Notes: generated from the sequence alone by a model not told the origin. A stretch of 63,973 nucleotides of DNA, filler included, from Pseudovirgaria hyperparasitica (GCA_010093815.1; 5 parts of 5 records of this genome joined end to end with filler, not necessarily neighbours in it); one strand, 5' to 3'; counted from the first letter of the whole stretch, positions 48,693-63,200 are shown. Made by a program: numbers and translations.

Positions 48693-51600
48693 TCGGGGTT
48701 CTCCCGGGGTTCTTCCGGTATATGTCGGGTTACTACCGGCGTGTGCCGGGTCTCTTCCGGCATATATTTCCGGGTCCACTAGAATTAGAGGAGTGGTAGG
48801 TGTGTAATCATCCACCGGGCGACGTCCTTAGGGTACTCATTAAGCCATCGTACGATATCGGAGGTTCTTATCGTGTGGATGAGCTTCTACCTTTGCGTGT
48901 AAAGATCGGGGTACATTACGAGATAGTGGCGTATTATGCCTCTCCGGCCGCACGCCTTATACCATAGAGACACGTCGGGGACGCCTCTCTTATAGAGGTA
49001 GTATAGGAGTCCTATAGCGCCCGTTCGGGCTTAGAGGAGTATAGATGCCTAGGCCTTTATAAGCCCTTTATACATCTATTTACTCGGCTCCTTCCATGGT
49101 CCTCGGATCCACTCTAGGTACCTATCCTACTAGGAGGCCTACTAGGCCCGGAGTATCTCTTTCTACTTATCTTAGATCCATAACTATATACTTCGTCCAA
49201 GCTCTCGAAGGCTCTATTAGTCTAGGAGGGTATCTAGGTTATCCTTAATCTCTTGTACTACTTAGTTCGAGTCTGTTTCTATCGGGCACTTATACCGTAG
49301 TTAAGTCCGGCCTATGTATAAGAGTGCTTAGTAGTATACGCTAACTCGCGCGCGTAGCGCGGCGAAGGTATAGTCTACTTTTCCTACACGTTCCTATGCT
49401 TATTATTTAGTGAAGTATGCCACCCTCTATGTCTAGTAGAAGTTATATATACTTATGACGTCTGTCTCGCGTCGTAGTAGTACCGTGTTAGTAGCTTTAT
49501 ATGCGCCTAATATAAGACGGAGTATACGGTTCTATATGGATTCGAGTTTCATTCGCCTAGTCTATGTAAGGGCCGTGTACTAGTACTCGTGTCCGTACGT
49601 GAAGGCGGGTCGTGCCATAGATATATATAGTTGGCGTGCCTTATCCCGGGCGGTTCCCCACGTGGAGGCTGTAATCCGTCGTATGGCGGCTTCTACCTAG
49701 AGGGCTCTAGAAACGGCGTATGCTACCTGTGGTCCCCATTTAAGCTTGTTATCGATTATGACGCCGAGTGCGCGTATGCTTTATGTCGGCGGTTCGTCGA
49801 AGGCGTCTATTCTAGGGCGTCGCTCGCCTTCCCTAGTGGCCTATTTCCTACGGCGGTTAATAAAGTGCATGAGTTAGTACTTTTTAGGGGCGAACTTTGC
49901 TCCGTGGCGCTTTGCCCATTGGACGTATCTCCCGTGGTCTTGTTCGAGTCGTCTATATATTTGGCTAGTGTTATTGTCGATAGCTAGAAGGTATGTGTCG
50001 TCTGCGTACCCTACTACCTCTATACGTTACATTCCCTAGAGGAGGTCTATAGTAAAGAAGAGGAATAGGATTAGGGAGATGGTGCTTCCTTATGGGATGC
50101 CGCAAGCCGTCTTCTCGTACTCACTTCGATATCCGGGGATGTATATCTAGATAACTCTTTCGGCGAGGAAGGACTGTATAAACCGCGTAATCCACGCGGG
50201 TATACGCCTCTTCCGTAAGTTGTGGATAAGTCTCGTGTGGTTTACTTTATCGAATACGCCGGCCATGTCGAGGGAGAGTAGCGTTACTACACGTCCCTAC
50301 TTCTATACGGTCTGGACGACTTCGAGGATATGTTAGATAGTGGTAATTAGGGAGCTTCTAGCCTTCGCCTTCTGGTTTGCTAGGAGGAGGTTATATTCCT
50401 ATGCTACGGCGCTTATCTTCTTCGCGATCGTAGCCTCTAGTATCTTCCCAAGATAGGAGAGGAGGGCGATTGGCCTCCATCCTTTCGGGGAGTTAGAGTT
50501 CTTCCCTAGTTTCGGGAGCATAACGGTATAGGCGGCCCGGAAGCTTTGGGGGTGGTATCCGTTCTTGATACATGCTTGAAATATATAACTAATGAGCGGT
50601 AGGGTAGCTGGTATAGTGCGTTTAAGGCACCTATTCGGTATCCTATCCGGTCCGGGTACCTTGTCATTCGGGAGTACTTTAACGGCGTCGAGTATATCCT
50701 CCTCGGTGACCTCTTAGGGGATATCGATTACGTCTAGGTATTTAGTATTATTAATATCTAATAGGTCTACTAGCTCCGGGAGGGGGAACATAACTTTACG
50801 TAAGATCTCCGTCTTCTCCGGGCTTATGGAGTATATCCTCTCTTAGTATATTAGGGGAGGCATTAGTGGCGGCGGTGTCGGCGCGTCTACACCCTTGGCC
50901 CACTTTGCCATGCGCTATAGCCCTACGGCTTGCCGTGTGTGTTTATCGGTAATCGTGCGCCATTGCTTTCGTCGTTTATTACGGAGGGCCCTATCACGAT
51001 GTCGCACTACTTCCTTCCACTCTTCCTACGCCTCGGTCGTCCGGATATGGTGTATACGTGTATATAGTCTACGGGCGTCTCTTCTACACTCTCGTATTTA
51101 AGGTATGCCCCTCGCTTCTAGGGGTCTGTACGTTCGGTATAGCACGTGTTTATCTCTCGTGACTTGGTATACTTAAAGGAGGACTTGCACGGCCTTGTCT
51201 ATGGCTGGGCCGTTAGATACGTCGACTGTAGAGGGGTCTAGAATCGCCGATTCCAGGTCCTCTAGGTATTTATCCCAATCGGTGTCCTTCCATAGCTATT
51301 TCCCACGTTATTCGTTAAGAGTGGAGACGTCTATTACGGTTTCCATACATTCGTGGTCGGAGTCCGTCTATATCCGGCTCGGGCGGTAGTACTATACTCT
51401 ATGGCTGATGTGCTCGGTGGCAAGGGTAAGGTCGAGCGTAGACCCGTCCTCGTCCTATTTATGTTTCCTCTAGGTAATCTGCCCTACGGGTGTAAGGAGG
51501 TATAGGAAGTCGTGGTACCGTGTGTATAGTTCCCTTGCTCTAAGTTCTTCTCTCGCGATGGCTAGGCCTCCCCACTACCTATGGTGGAGATTAAAGTCGC

Positions 51601-51988
51601 CTAGGAGGATGTGTTATCCCGGCGTTGTGGTACCCTCTAGTATATCGTCTGGCGTGAGCGATCGCTGTTAATTATAGATATTATAGATATGGACAGGCCC
51701 TATGCTTATCTAGAGATGTAGCGTCATCCGGAGGTCATCACGTTCGGTATAAGACCATTCTAAGAGCGGGATTGACTTATATATATGAAACATGACTCTC
51801 CTATCCGGGCCCGTAGGGTGGATGGTATAGTATCCTAGGTATGTTGTTAGCTTGTTGGTTTGGTAGTGTTTATATGGTTCCTAGATAGCTATTATTACGG
51901 CTCCTATCTCTTCTAGGAGCGTCGCTTGGTTTTCTCGTTTGTATTATACGTTCGCCTATATAATGATAAGTGTATCTTATGCCCTTAT
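48686..51988 (-). pseudogene. LINE copy 2 ORF2 (endonuclease-RT, 1101 codons, no obvious RNase H)
   Basis: AI*EPY, LGDFNLHH, DSDHE, GYADDTY (~49992-50011), C-terminal Cys/His motif; ends PDY* inside the palindrome. Confidence 0.88.
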
Positions 51989-53469
51989 TAGGTGCTAGGG
52001 AAAGTTCGAGTCTATATGTTAGTGGCGCTAAGGCGTGATTGTCCTCGCGCGGTAGCGGCTTTAAGTATACCCCGGGGTCGGCCTATCTTTCTCTATATAG
52101 TATACCATTGCGCGTTGTCCTCTCCCCTTCGGGGGGTGGTTACCGGATTCATAAGTAAAGTTAGGGATGGCGGCGAGGGCAGCGAGGGCCTTATAGCTTG
52201 GTATATCCACCTCGCTTCTCTTGTCTTCATCGCGTTAATATATTCTACGATCTACTTACGTTTCGTGCACGTTACCGACTAGGATAGGTGTTTCCCGTCG
52301 TAGTTAGAGTACTTGGCGGTGTCCCTGTCTCACGTCTCGTCGCTCTGCGTCTTATAAGGGCATTCCTTGGTGTTATGGCCCTGTTTACACCACCCATAGG
52401 CGGTCTTCTAAGAGCACCTCTGCCTAGTATACCTATATCCCTAATAGTTAAAGCATTGCGTCATTGCCCATGCCCTGTCCTATGGTTCCGCCGTGAGTAG
52501 CTCTCCTTCGGCTAGGAAGCCCTCCTATGTTATTCTATAGGCGAGAGCGGGGTCCCTAAGCTCTACTATTATAGTAGAGTGCTTTTTCGATTTTATCTTA
52601 ATCCCTTGGACGTTCTTCTACCACGCCTTCGCGATCTTGATCCCGGGGTACTTCGGTTCGTTAGATCGCTCCATTCGCTTAATGTTATCTTCTCCGATAA
52701 CGTGTCCTCGGACAGGGACGGTATATATCTATATCGGGTACGTGGTTACGCGGACGGACGCGCTAGGGAAGATGTCGTTAATCGCGTTCGGGTCGCGCGA
52801 GATGGTCTACTAGGCCGTGTTAGTAGTGGTAGTTAGTACTATACCTCCTAGGGTGAGTTTGGCGGCCACCACATTTAACCATATCCCTTTCTATTCGTTA
52901 ATCTTATTCATAATGTCCTTTAGGGACGCTTACTAGACTTATGCGAGTACTTCTTTATCCTAGATAGCGACTTATATACTACATGCCCCGTCCGTGGGTG
53001 CCCTTGGTATTTTAGCTAACATGGCTGTTCCGCTTATGGGTGCGGCGACCTATGCCCACGTGCTAGGGCGTTTTCCCTGGGTGAGGCCCTCCTGGATCCT
53101 CTATAGGCTAGCCTCTATGCGATCTAGTCTAGATTCTAGGTCTAATTCCGGCGCCTGTTTTACTCCTACGGTAAGCTCCCTAATATTCCGGACGAGGTTC
53201 CGGAAGATACTAAGGAGGGCCGTTTCTCCCTTCTCGACTTCCCTCTCTACACGTGCTACCTAGTAGTTAATCTTATCCAGGAGGGTCTCCCCGGGTGGGG
53301 TCCCCTCCGTCTCCATTATCTATGGTATTATACGCCCTTGGTTGTTCGTCGTTTGTTAGACGGGGGTTTGATCGTCCTAGGATATGCCGCTATATGGCCG
53401 TTTCTACCGTACTAGTGTTAGGGGTATACCCGGTGGAAGCCGGGGTACGTCGGTGCCTAAGGCCGCTAT
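51988..53469 (-). pseudogene. LINE copy 2 ORF1 (494 codons)
   Basis: Starts (M)AALGTDVPRLPPG; QCFN..GYR knuckle region near 52440; stop/start overlap with ORF2. Confidence 0.78.
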
Positions 53470-53471
53470 AA

Positions 53472-53502
53472 TTATTAGTTAAGGGTAGCCCTTAACTAAT
53501 AA
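53472..53502. promoter_or_regulatory. Shared palindrome copy 7
   Basis: TTATTAGTTAAGGGTAGCCCTTAACTAATAA. Confidence 0.8.
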
Positions 53503-55146
53503 AAGGGGGTCGGCGTGTCGGCGTTTATTGGATATGGTCTATGCTTATGTTATCGAAGAGTCTTCGAGCGTATATATGTAGTGTCTCTACACGTTAGTAT
53601 CGTCGCGTATTGTACGCTGCACGTACGCACGTGTGTCGGAGGTTGTTGTACTCGGTGTGCTCTATCGTTTGATGTATGTAAATCGCTATTTTACCCCGAA
53701 TTGACCAGTTTGGTCCGTTAGAGTGTGAGAAGTTTTTCTAGTAGATAGTATAAACACTTACTAAGTATAGAAATATTAAGCTTACTAGTATAGTATATAT
53801 AAGTATAATTTTCTCTAGGTAGTTAGCGGATATTCGTCGCGCGCGTCTAGTACTTTTATTATAAATATTATTATTAATAAAGTTACGGATCTAGTTTACC
53901 TTTAAAGCGTGTTTATTAGCTAGTAATACTATCTTCTTTCGTATAGCCTTATCTAGCTATAGAAGTACTTTACGTATAGGATTAGTAATTATCTTACTTA
54001 GTATACTATTATTACTATTTCTCTAACGCGTAAGCATAATATTAATTTACTTATCTTCTATCTTTTTATTAGTAAGGTATATAAGTAGTATATACGTAGT
54101 AGCTAGCCTAGTCTAATAGTAGTATACGTTAAGCCCGGACCCGGTATCTACTTTTAATTTACTCTAGGCGGTAGATTATATCTATAAGTCCCGCGGCGTT
54201 CTGTTAGACTATAGATTATTAAACTATTTACCTCTATTCTTATATAACTATATAATTATCTCCTCTAGTTCTATGGCCGGGATAGATATAAACTCTACTA
54301 CTAGCTTTAATATCGTAGATAGATATACCTCTCTATTAAACTATTTAGTTAGTAGTCCCCGTTATAGAATGAATAGTAAGTACTAATTAACTACTATATA
54401 TAGTATATACTTACCTTCTATGGTTTCTAATGCCCTACGGACTATCGCGGCCATTATATCTACCGGCTTACCTTTTATTAAATTAAGGAGTTTATTTAAC
54501 CACGTTATAATAATCTTCCTTATAGTTTTATTCTATAGACTCTTAAATACCCTTTTAGTAGTATTATTATTAATATAGTTAGGTAACTTATCTAGAGTAC
54601 CTACCTCGATAGCCGCTAGAATATCTACTAGACTATTTAAGAGGGGTGTTATACTAACCTATATACTAAATATAAGGGTATTATATATTATATATTTATA
54701 CTATTTTATATCGGGGTTCTTTACGGAATAGAACTTATCTACTATTAATATACTAAGGAATACTACTTCGCGAGTTTACATTAGGAAAGATACGGCGCTC
54801 CTAAGTACTTCTAAGTACTCCCTAAGTATTCTTTTATTCTATTATATTTATTAGGCGGACCTACTTACTATCTATTCTAACGGACCGGCTTTATATAATT
54901 TATATAAAGTATCCCGCTTATATCGAACGTCCCGTTTATACCGAACGTACTAGTTATACTAAACGGTCCCGTTGGTACCAAACGTACTAGTTATACCGAA
55001 CGTCCCGCTTATACCAAACGTACCGTTTATACTAACGGGATAATTAGTACTAGTTATTTTCTCAATACTAATTAGCTTACTAGTACTACTTATTTACTAT
55101 ATACTAATAACTCTTATAGAATAAATAGTATCTAGTATTTTAGCTT

Positions 55147-55241
55147 CTCTATCTACTCTATCTACTCTATCTACTCTATCTACTCTATCTACTCTATCTA
55201 CTCTATCTACTCTATCTACTCTATCTACTCTATCTACTCTA
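55147..55241. repeat. 9-bp minisatellite (CTACTCTAT)n running into a gap
   Basis: About ten perfect units. Confidence 0.9.
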
Positions 55242-56121
55242 NNNNNNNNNNNNNNNNNNNNNNNNNNNNNNNNNNNNNNNNNNNNNNNNNNNNNNNNNNN
55301 NNNNNNNNNNNNNNNNNNNNNNNNNNNNNNNNNNNNNNNNNNNNNNNNNNNNNNNNNNNNNNNNNNNNNNNNNNNNNNNNNNNNNNNNNNNNNNNNNNNN
55401 NNNNNNNNNNNNNNNNNNNNNATTTAATACTAGAAAGATAATATATAATAGAGAGTAGAGGTTTAAAATTAATTAGACTAGGAACTTAAATTAAATAGTA
55501 CTATTCTAAGCTCTCTCCAACTATATAGCTAAAATAAAATATAGTAGACCTTCCTTTCTTCTATCTTTAGGCGGTATCCTTTATCTATTAAAAGGTATCC
55601 TTATCTAGAACTACCTTTAATAATCTTTTCTTCTACTAGATACTTCCCTCTATATTTCTAGTTACTATTTTTATTCTCTCTTATATTATCTATTCGGCCT
55701 CGTGGTAGTCTATATAGTTCCCTAGTTATATACTAATATCTAACTTCTCTTAAAAGTATATACTCTTTATATATAGGTTAAAGACCCGACTTAAACGTCC
55801 GCTACTATCTAACTTTATTTTAATTTAAGTATCGGTTGGGGTAGATAGACTACTAGTTAAGATAGCTATAACTAGGGATAATAAGTTAGTAATAGACTTA
55901 TTTATACTATACGTATATATACTATTATTTACTATTCCCGTAGTTACTTAGAGCGGGTCTATACTTAATACCTAAGATAGTATAATCTTATCCGTAGCCA
56001 CTACTAGTGGTATAGAACTCTTACCTATATCTAATGGCGTATAAGATAATTCGAGGTACTTATCTAACTAGTTTAGAGTATCCGACTTATTCTTTTCGTA
56101 GTAGTTAGTATCTATATAGCT

Positions 56122-57205
56122 TCTATAACTTTAGTATATACTTATATTACCCGATAGCTTAGACTCCTTACTCTTATCTAAGTTATCTATATCTACTTTA
56201 GAGAAGTTATCTAGGTTATCTTTATATGGGTTTATATATATAGTATCTAGGTCGATTAGTATTAGTACTATAAATACTAATACTATTAGCGATTTTTAAA
56301 TATAGTCAATATAGTAGGGCGCCTAGTTCGACTATGTTAGACTTAGTACTTACTATTCCTCTATATAACTTAGCACGTAATTAGATAAAGGTATATATAT
56401 ATACCTAGTATTAGTAGAGAGCGTGTAAATCTATAGTAACTAAAGGATGAGTTCGGTACCCGCCCGCTACTATATTCGTTAAGAGCATGCCTTATTATAA
56501 TATATATAATAGTAATTATAGATGGTAGGATCGGTTAGAATATACTACTATAGTACTTCTTTAATCTAAGGAATCTTAGGGACTATAGTAGAACTAACTT
56601 TAGAGCCTTAATTACTACTAGCTCTATAAACATTTTCTAAGTTACGCTAGTATTATACTAATAATTAGTAACACGTCTAATATAATATAAGTAATATATC
56701 TTTACTTCTATATACGCGTTATTATATATTAGATTACTTATACTAGCTTTTCTCTTCTTAGCTATCTTCTAGTCCTAGTATTTAGATACTATCTATCTAA
56801 CTCTAGAGAGAAGTTAGTAATAGAAGTCTATTATATCTTCCTTTACTAGCGTAATAATATAAGCGGGAGGTATATTTTATAAATTATAATTAAGGTAGTA
56901 GCTACTAAGATTAATATCTCCGGCGGCTATCTAGGCCGATTATACTAGTATTCTAAAACTATCTAGGCTACTATCTAGCTATATATTAAGGCGATTAAAT
57001 ACCAGTAGTAACCAGCCTAAAAACGTTATAGCAATTAAAATCTCTATTATCATAAGGTAACGGTCTCATTTATAAGACTAGAGACTATCTCTATAGAACC
57101 GCCTCTTTTCACGGATAGTTAGTTCCCTCTCTACTACTATTTCTCTACCTTTATCTATTAAGCTAGATAGCTAATATAGTAGAGGAGAGAATATAAGGCC
57201 GTTAT
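56122..57205 (+). repeat. RIP-degraded ~1.08-kb segment duplicated at 62846-63929
   Basis: Colinear match differing mostly by transitions; the second copy breaks at 63930 with TGTAAAC, possibly a new LTR start. Confidence 0.88.
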
Positions 57206-60200
57206 ATCCCCGGTTACTATTATAGTAGGATATTACTATAACGTCTAAGCTATATAGGGCGTTACTACTATATTCGCTACTAGTATACCTAGACTACTAG
57301 ATTATTAGTAGGTAAACGAACGCGTTAAGATAAGCTAGGTATATATATATATATTTTTTATGTTGATAGCTATTGTGTAAGTCCCTATTATTAATACTAA
57401 TATATATCTATATTATATCGTATCTTCGTTTACCTATCCCGTTTAGTTTACTATAGTTACTAGATTATCTTCTATTAGTATTACCGCTATAGTAGCTAGA
57501 TAGTCCCTTAACTATCTTCTATATTAGAGGTTCTATAGAGAAGATATATAAGAGATTAGTAGATATTTTTATTAGCTATAGATTAGTAATCTACTAGGTA
57601 ATAATATTAGGTAGTAGAATAATAACTAGCTAGTAGATATAATAAAGGTTTAGGCGTAGACTAATATAGTATTTTTATAGACGCGTAATACTTATATATT
57701 ATTATTAATAATTTTAAGTAAGCGTGTATAGAAATTAAGGGGCTAAGAGCTAGGTAGAAGTTAGAGGTTAGTAGGTATATATCGGGCTTTCGATAGGCTT
57801 ACATCTAACTTCTTCCGGTATATACCTAGAATATCCGCCGTATACTATATTATTACTATCTATTAATAATTATACTATAGTATTTTTCCTTTATAGTAAC
57901 TATACCTCGAGATACCATAGACCGTAGTCTTCTACTAATACTATAGTAGAAAGATTAGTAGTATATACTATATAATCCGTAGGTACTATAACTCGGAACC
58001 ATATAGATAAGCACGGCTTACTATATTACTATTATTATTATAACTATTAGGCCCGTAGCTACTACTATCGACCGGGTTACGGCGCGGCTTTAGTACTTAT
58101 AGTTATATTAGTTAATAGAACTCTTTAGTTTACTCTATTAGTATTTAGCTATTAAGTATTAATTAGAAGTCTAAGTCTATAGAATTAGGTACTTCTACTA
58201 CTAATATAGCCCTATATAAAGATACTACTATTTTCTCTAATCCTATTTCGAACCTAGAATCTATAGATAGTATTACTAGTAGCTATAGTACTAATTTAGT
58301 ATATTAGTCTAATATATATAGTAGAAATACTATATCTATAGTAGCGAGGGCGTCTAGTACTATATATTTAATAAAAACATTTAAAGAAGAGAGTAGTATA
58401 TATATTATAGTAGACTAGAGTAGACGTAATAATCCGTCCGGCGTAAGTATATATAGTCTAGGTTTATAGTAGTAACTAATTTAGTAGGCCCGATTCGGTT
58501 AATTCGATAGTAAGTTTATAGAGTACCTTATAATATAGATAAATTAGTTTAGTATTTCAAATATAGTATATAATAAATTAACTACTATCCTTAAATAGAC
58601 TTCTACTATACCCCCCGACCTTTTTATACTAAAATCTAATATTATATATAAGTAGTTATTATACTACCCTAAAGGGATACCGTATAAAAGTTAATAGCGT
58701 AGCTATAATATATTTAGTACTACTATAGTTAAATACTAGTATAGAGATCTACTTACATTAGTAGAATTCCTCCTTAGATACTAACCGTTTACTAGTAAGC
58801 TCGTGTTTAAGCTAGTATAATAATTTACTAGTTTAGGCGACTAGGTATATAGTAAAGTCTATATAGTAGATAGTTAGTAGGATATATACGCTACTATTCC
58901 GGATAGTACTATTATTGTCTCTATTATTTTATCTTTAGATAAGATAAATCTTACTAACTATAGTAGTAATAGAGTAGTATAGCTAGTCTATCTATCTATT
59001 TATAATCTACTACTAAACGTCCGCTTATCTAGAAGTCTACTATTATTTCTACTACTTACTCTATTACTAGTAGTTAAGCTAGAAACGGTAGCGAATCGCT
59101 TTATATTCTATTAGGTTATAAGTAAAGTTCTAGCCTATATATCCGCCCATGATAGAGTCGTTAACTATACTAATTATTATATAGTATTATAGACTATATA
59201 GAGTACTAGAGTATTAGTATTATATACTAATAGCGGCTTACGTAAGTACTATCCGCGTTTAGCTTTATATATTATAGATTTTCCGGAGTAGGTACTTATT
59301 ATAGGTGTATTCTATTAGTATATATATCTAATATATATAGTCCCTAGTAATAGACGATAGTATCTACGAGAAGCTATTACTAGTATATAGAAGTTCCGTA
59401 TATACTTCTTATTATAGAAATAGATTTACTATATATATCACGAGTTAATAACTAATAGCTATAGTAGTAAGTATACTAGTAGTAAGATAGATAATAGGAC
59501 GAGTATACCTAGTGTCTTATTATTTTCGTTAACGTCTTTCGCGCTAGTAGTATAGAGCTATTATATTCGCTAATTAGTTAAGAGTTAGTATTCTAGTAGA
59601 TAGATAGAGCTATTAGATAATTTTGCCTAGTTACTTACTAGAGTTAATATATACCGCGCGGTCGCTCCGGATATTCTATATTAACTATATAAGGGTATAT
59701 TAGAACACACGTTTAATTAGATAGTCTTATATATTATTAATTAAGAGCGTACGGGACATAGGTTAAAGGGTATATTTACTAGTATACCCTCTATAGAATA
59801 AGTAAAGAAGGCGATCGATAAGTAATTCGCGTCTATTAGGGTATTCGGTTATTATAATCTACTTATATATATAACTTTAGTAATATAATAGACGGGGGCA
59901 ATGTTTAAGCGTATACTAGTAGTGTTTATAGTTACGTTTAAACCGCTTCTATATTATAATTAATACTTTCTAAGCGTAGTATAGGTGGTTATTAATATAT
60001 ATATATTAGCGGCGTACTATATATATAATATATAGATACTAGTATACTTAGAAGAGGCTATATTATACTTAGATAATCTAAAATACTAGTTTATACTATA
60101 TTATAGAGATAAATCGGAGGATAATCATTTTAACTTTCCGAAGTTCTATATATTATCGCACCTAGTTAATACTATTAAATACTATAGTTCGTTATATCTA

Positions 60201-63200
60201 ATATCGGTAGAGCTACTAGAGTAATCTTATATCGTAGTAAAGGAATTATATTAAGGTTTAAATAAGAGGGAGATATTTCTATAGTAGATGCTAGTAGTAG
60301 ATACACGCACGATAAATACTAAAATCTCTAGTAGTATAGAGGTGGCGGCTAGTACTAGTATATTAGTAGCCCCTAGTCTAGAGTAGCTTAATAATATACG
60401 TAAGCTAGTCGGCTAGCGGTATATTCTAAAGAAGCTACGCTAGAGTAAATATATACTCTATGTCTTATAGAGCCATAGACTATCTATATTCTATTAGACT
60501 ACTATTAGTAATCTCTATAACGTATATAGTAGTAGTTTTATATTACTTAATATAGTTATACCTTTTATATATAACTATTATAATTAACTTATTAGGGATA
60601 ATATATTAAAAGGTACGAATATTAAATATATTAAAAAGGACCCTTCGTAGGCATAGGTCCTTTCTATCTATATATATAAGACTATATACGTGCCGATATA
60701 ACTAGATAGAGATATATCTATAGAGGCCTTCGACCCGATTTAGATAAGATATATCTATAACTAGTAAAAGAGTAGTAAGGCTAGGGAGGATTATATAATA
60801 GTATAGAAGTTTAATAAGGGTAGTAACTGTGAAAAGGGCAGGTATAAATAGATATATAATATTCCTTATATAAGGAATATATATCTAAATAGAGTTATAT
60901 AATAGGATCTAGCCGTAATAGACTATTATATAATAAACGGATCGGCGGAGTATAGCTTAAAGATAACAAGAATATAGAATAATTCTTAAAGTAAAGACTA
61001 GATAGAGAGAGAACTAAATACATAGAGAGACCGTTCCTTATATATTCCTCCTTATACATTCTAGATCCTTCTCTTAATTAATAATAGGAATCTTCTAGAC
61101 CTCTAGACGTACGTATACNNNNNNNNNNNNNNNNNNNNNNNNNNNNNNNNNNNNNNNNNNNNTTAATTAATTAANNNNNNNNNNNNNNNNNNNNNNNNNN
61201 NNNNNNNNNNNNNNNNNNAGGTGGTATGCTTATTGGCAGCAGGCTAAGACGCAGAGTCTCGCGACTCGAGAAGGAGTGAGATATCCACGTTTGCAGAAAA
61301 CGTGAGCTAGCGGAGTCTTCGCCAGCTCTAGCAAATGTATGTCTCTAAAAGTCTCAGGCGCGGGTGAAAGGAGTCGCAGTGTAGCAGTGTTTCACCTTCT
61401 ACCCACACCATACCGACGTGAGATACCTAGTCGACCAGCAAGTGTTCATGCGCTCAACCGAAAACATAAACAAGCCGCATATGCCGGCTACAGAGCGCCT
61501 AAGAATATAAGTCGTGGGAGCCATGCAACCATAAGGTTTACGCAAAAGAAAGCACGTCGACTTAGCTAGATGAAATGCCAAATCTAGACACGCGAGAGCG
61601 CCATGTCGGTAGCCCCTGTATATTCGTACATGTGCTGCTTCGGAGGCGCGGTTATGCTCCCTCCGACTATCAAAGCTATATACTGCTCTTGGCAACAAGG
61701 TGTTGCCAAGAGCGGCTACTTTCGCAAGGTCGCCTTACGGCGCTGCAGTACCGACTCGAATCAGACCGAGAGTTTCAAAGTGTGGTCACGGTGGCGCTGT
61801 AGATATGCCGGTCACAGCGCAAGCCATGTAGCTCAATGCATGAGCCGCACGAGAAACGTCGATGCAAGTCTGTACGAAGACTAGGACCTGCTCCCTTAAT
61901 GCCACTTGGGTCCTGTAACTATCAGGATGAAGCCAGAAATTGAGATGCAAGGCTGGAGTTCTGACTCTACCCACTCCCCCTACCTGTGGTCTTGCGTACT
62001 CGTCCCAATTCGAAGATGCTATCTCAAGATGTATAGAGCGCACGAGTATGCACAGGCAGAAGTGTGCTCGGATCTCAAAGGGGTCACCGTGTACCTTGTA
62101 ACATGGTGGAGCACCTTGTACTTGGGAATATGGTAGATCACTATATCGCGCTAGCGACTGTGATCGTGCGCTCTGTAACATGGTGGAGCAAGTGATTCGG
62201 AACATGACGGGGTGAGCTGCATTGCGTTAGTAGCGTTGAGCGCATATCATGACCTTTCGAACATGGTGGAGTGCACGGTGCCGTGCAAGTAACCACGAAC
62301 TCTGGATTATGGAAGCCTTTGAACCCGCCAGACGAGATCATGATGATACCCAGCTAGATGGTAAGCTGCTCTTGGCGGCAATCCATGGATGTTAGGTTCC
62401 GATCCCCACCCACGCTGGGATACCTATGCGATGGAGGTATATCGAGATTCAAGATTCTCTAGTCGAGAATGGCATATCTTCTATTGGGATGCCAGGTTGG
62501 GAGGCAGGCCTCGAGCGGGAGGACTTACTTTTGATCCCGTATACGACGATCAATAACCCGCTCGAACAATGCATGAATGAAGCTGCCCCTGCCGCCTTGC
62601 ACCCTGTCAGGGGCTCTGTCGTTGCTGGCACTTACTGGGCAATCGGAGTGCTGGTGACGAAGACACCCCTTCCGGTTCCCTTGTTTGTAAAGCCTCTCTT
62701 GGCAACAGAGTGTTACCAAGAGCGGCTTTACCCAGCTAAAGAGCTNNNNNNNNNNNNNNNNNNNNNNNNNNNNNNNNNNNNNNNNNNNNTTAATTAATTA
62801 ANNNNNNNNNNNNNNNNNNNNNNNNNNNNNNNNNNNNNNNNNNNNTCTATAACTTTAGTATATACTTATATTATCTAATAGCTTAGACTCCTTACTCTTA
62901 TCTAAGTTATCTATATTTACTTTAGAGAAGTTATCTAGGTTATCTTTATATAGGTTTATATATATAGTATCCGGGTTAATTAGTATTAGTACTATAAATA
63001 CTAATACTATTAGCGATTTTAAAATATAGTTAATATAGTAGGGCGCCTAGTTTAACTATATTAGGCTTAGCGCTCGCTATTCCTCTATATAATTTAGTAC
63101 GCGATTAGATAAAGGTATATATATATATCTAGTATTAGTAGAGAGCGTGCGAATCTATAGCAACTAAAGAACGAGTTTGGCGCCTATCTACTACTATATT

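Larger units (their letters stand above)
48425..53738 (-). mobile_element. Full-length Tad1-like LINE, copy 2 (5.3 kb), RIP-inactivated
   Basis: 15-bp TSD TAGTAGATAGTATAA (48410-48424, 53739-53753); (TAA)n tail; ORF1 and ORF2 relics. Confidence 0.93.
47850..54772 (-). pseudogene. RIP-destroyed SNF2-family helicase relic, interrupted by LINE copy 2
   Basis: ILIVDKFYSVKNP (~54715-54755, RIP form of motif II DExH..KN); VSITPLLNSLVDIL (~54620-54660, motif III); IYEG*DL...VIVD and WP*VSIRYYR (~48140-48245, helicase-C motifs). Confidence 0.55.

Noticed and set aside
49631..53721. Plus-strand ORFs within LINE copy 2 (and similar ones at 8674, 14112, 15886)
   Set aside because: Antisense shadows of RIP-mutated retroelement sequence.
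61219..62745. Protein-coding gene in the short normal-GC contig
   Set aside because: Only short ORFs without a recognisable motif; partly made of fragments duplicated elsewhere in the window.
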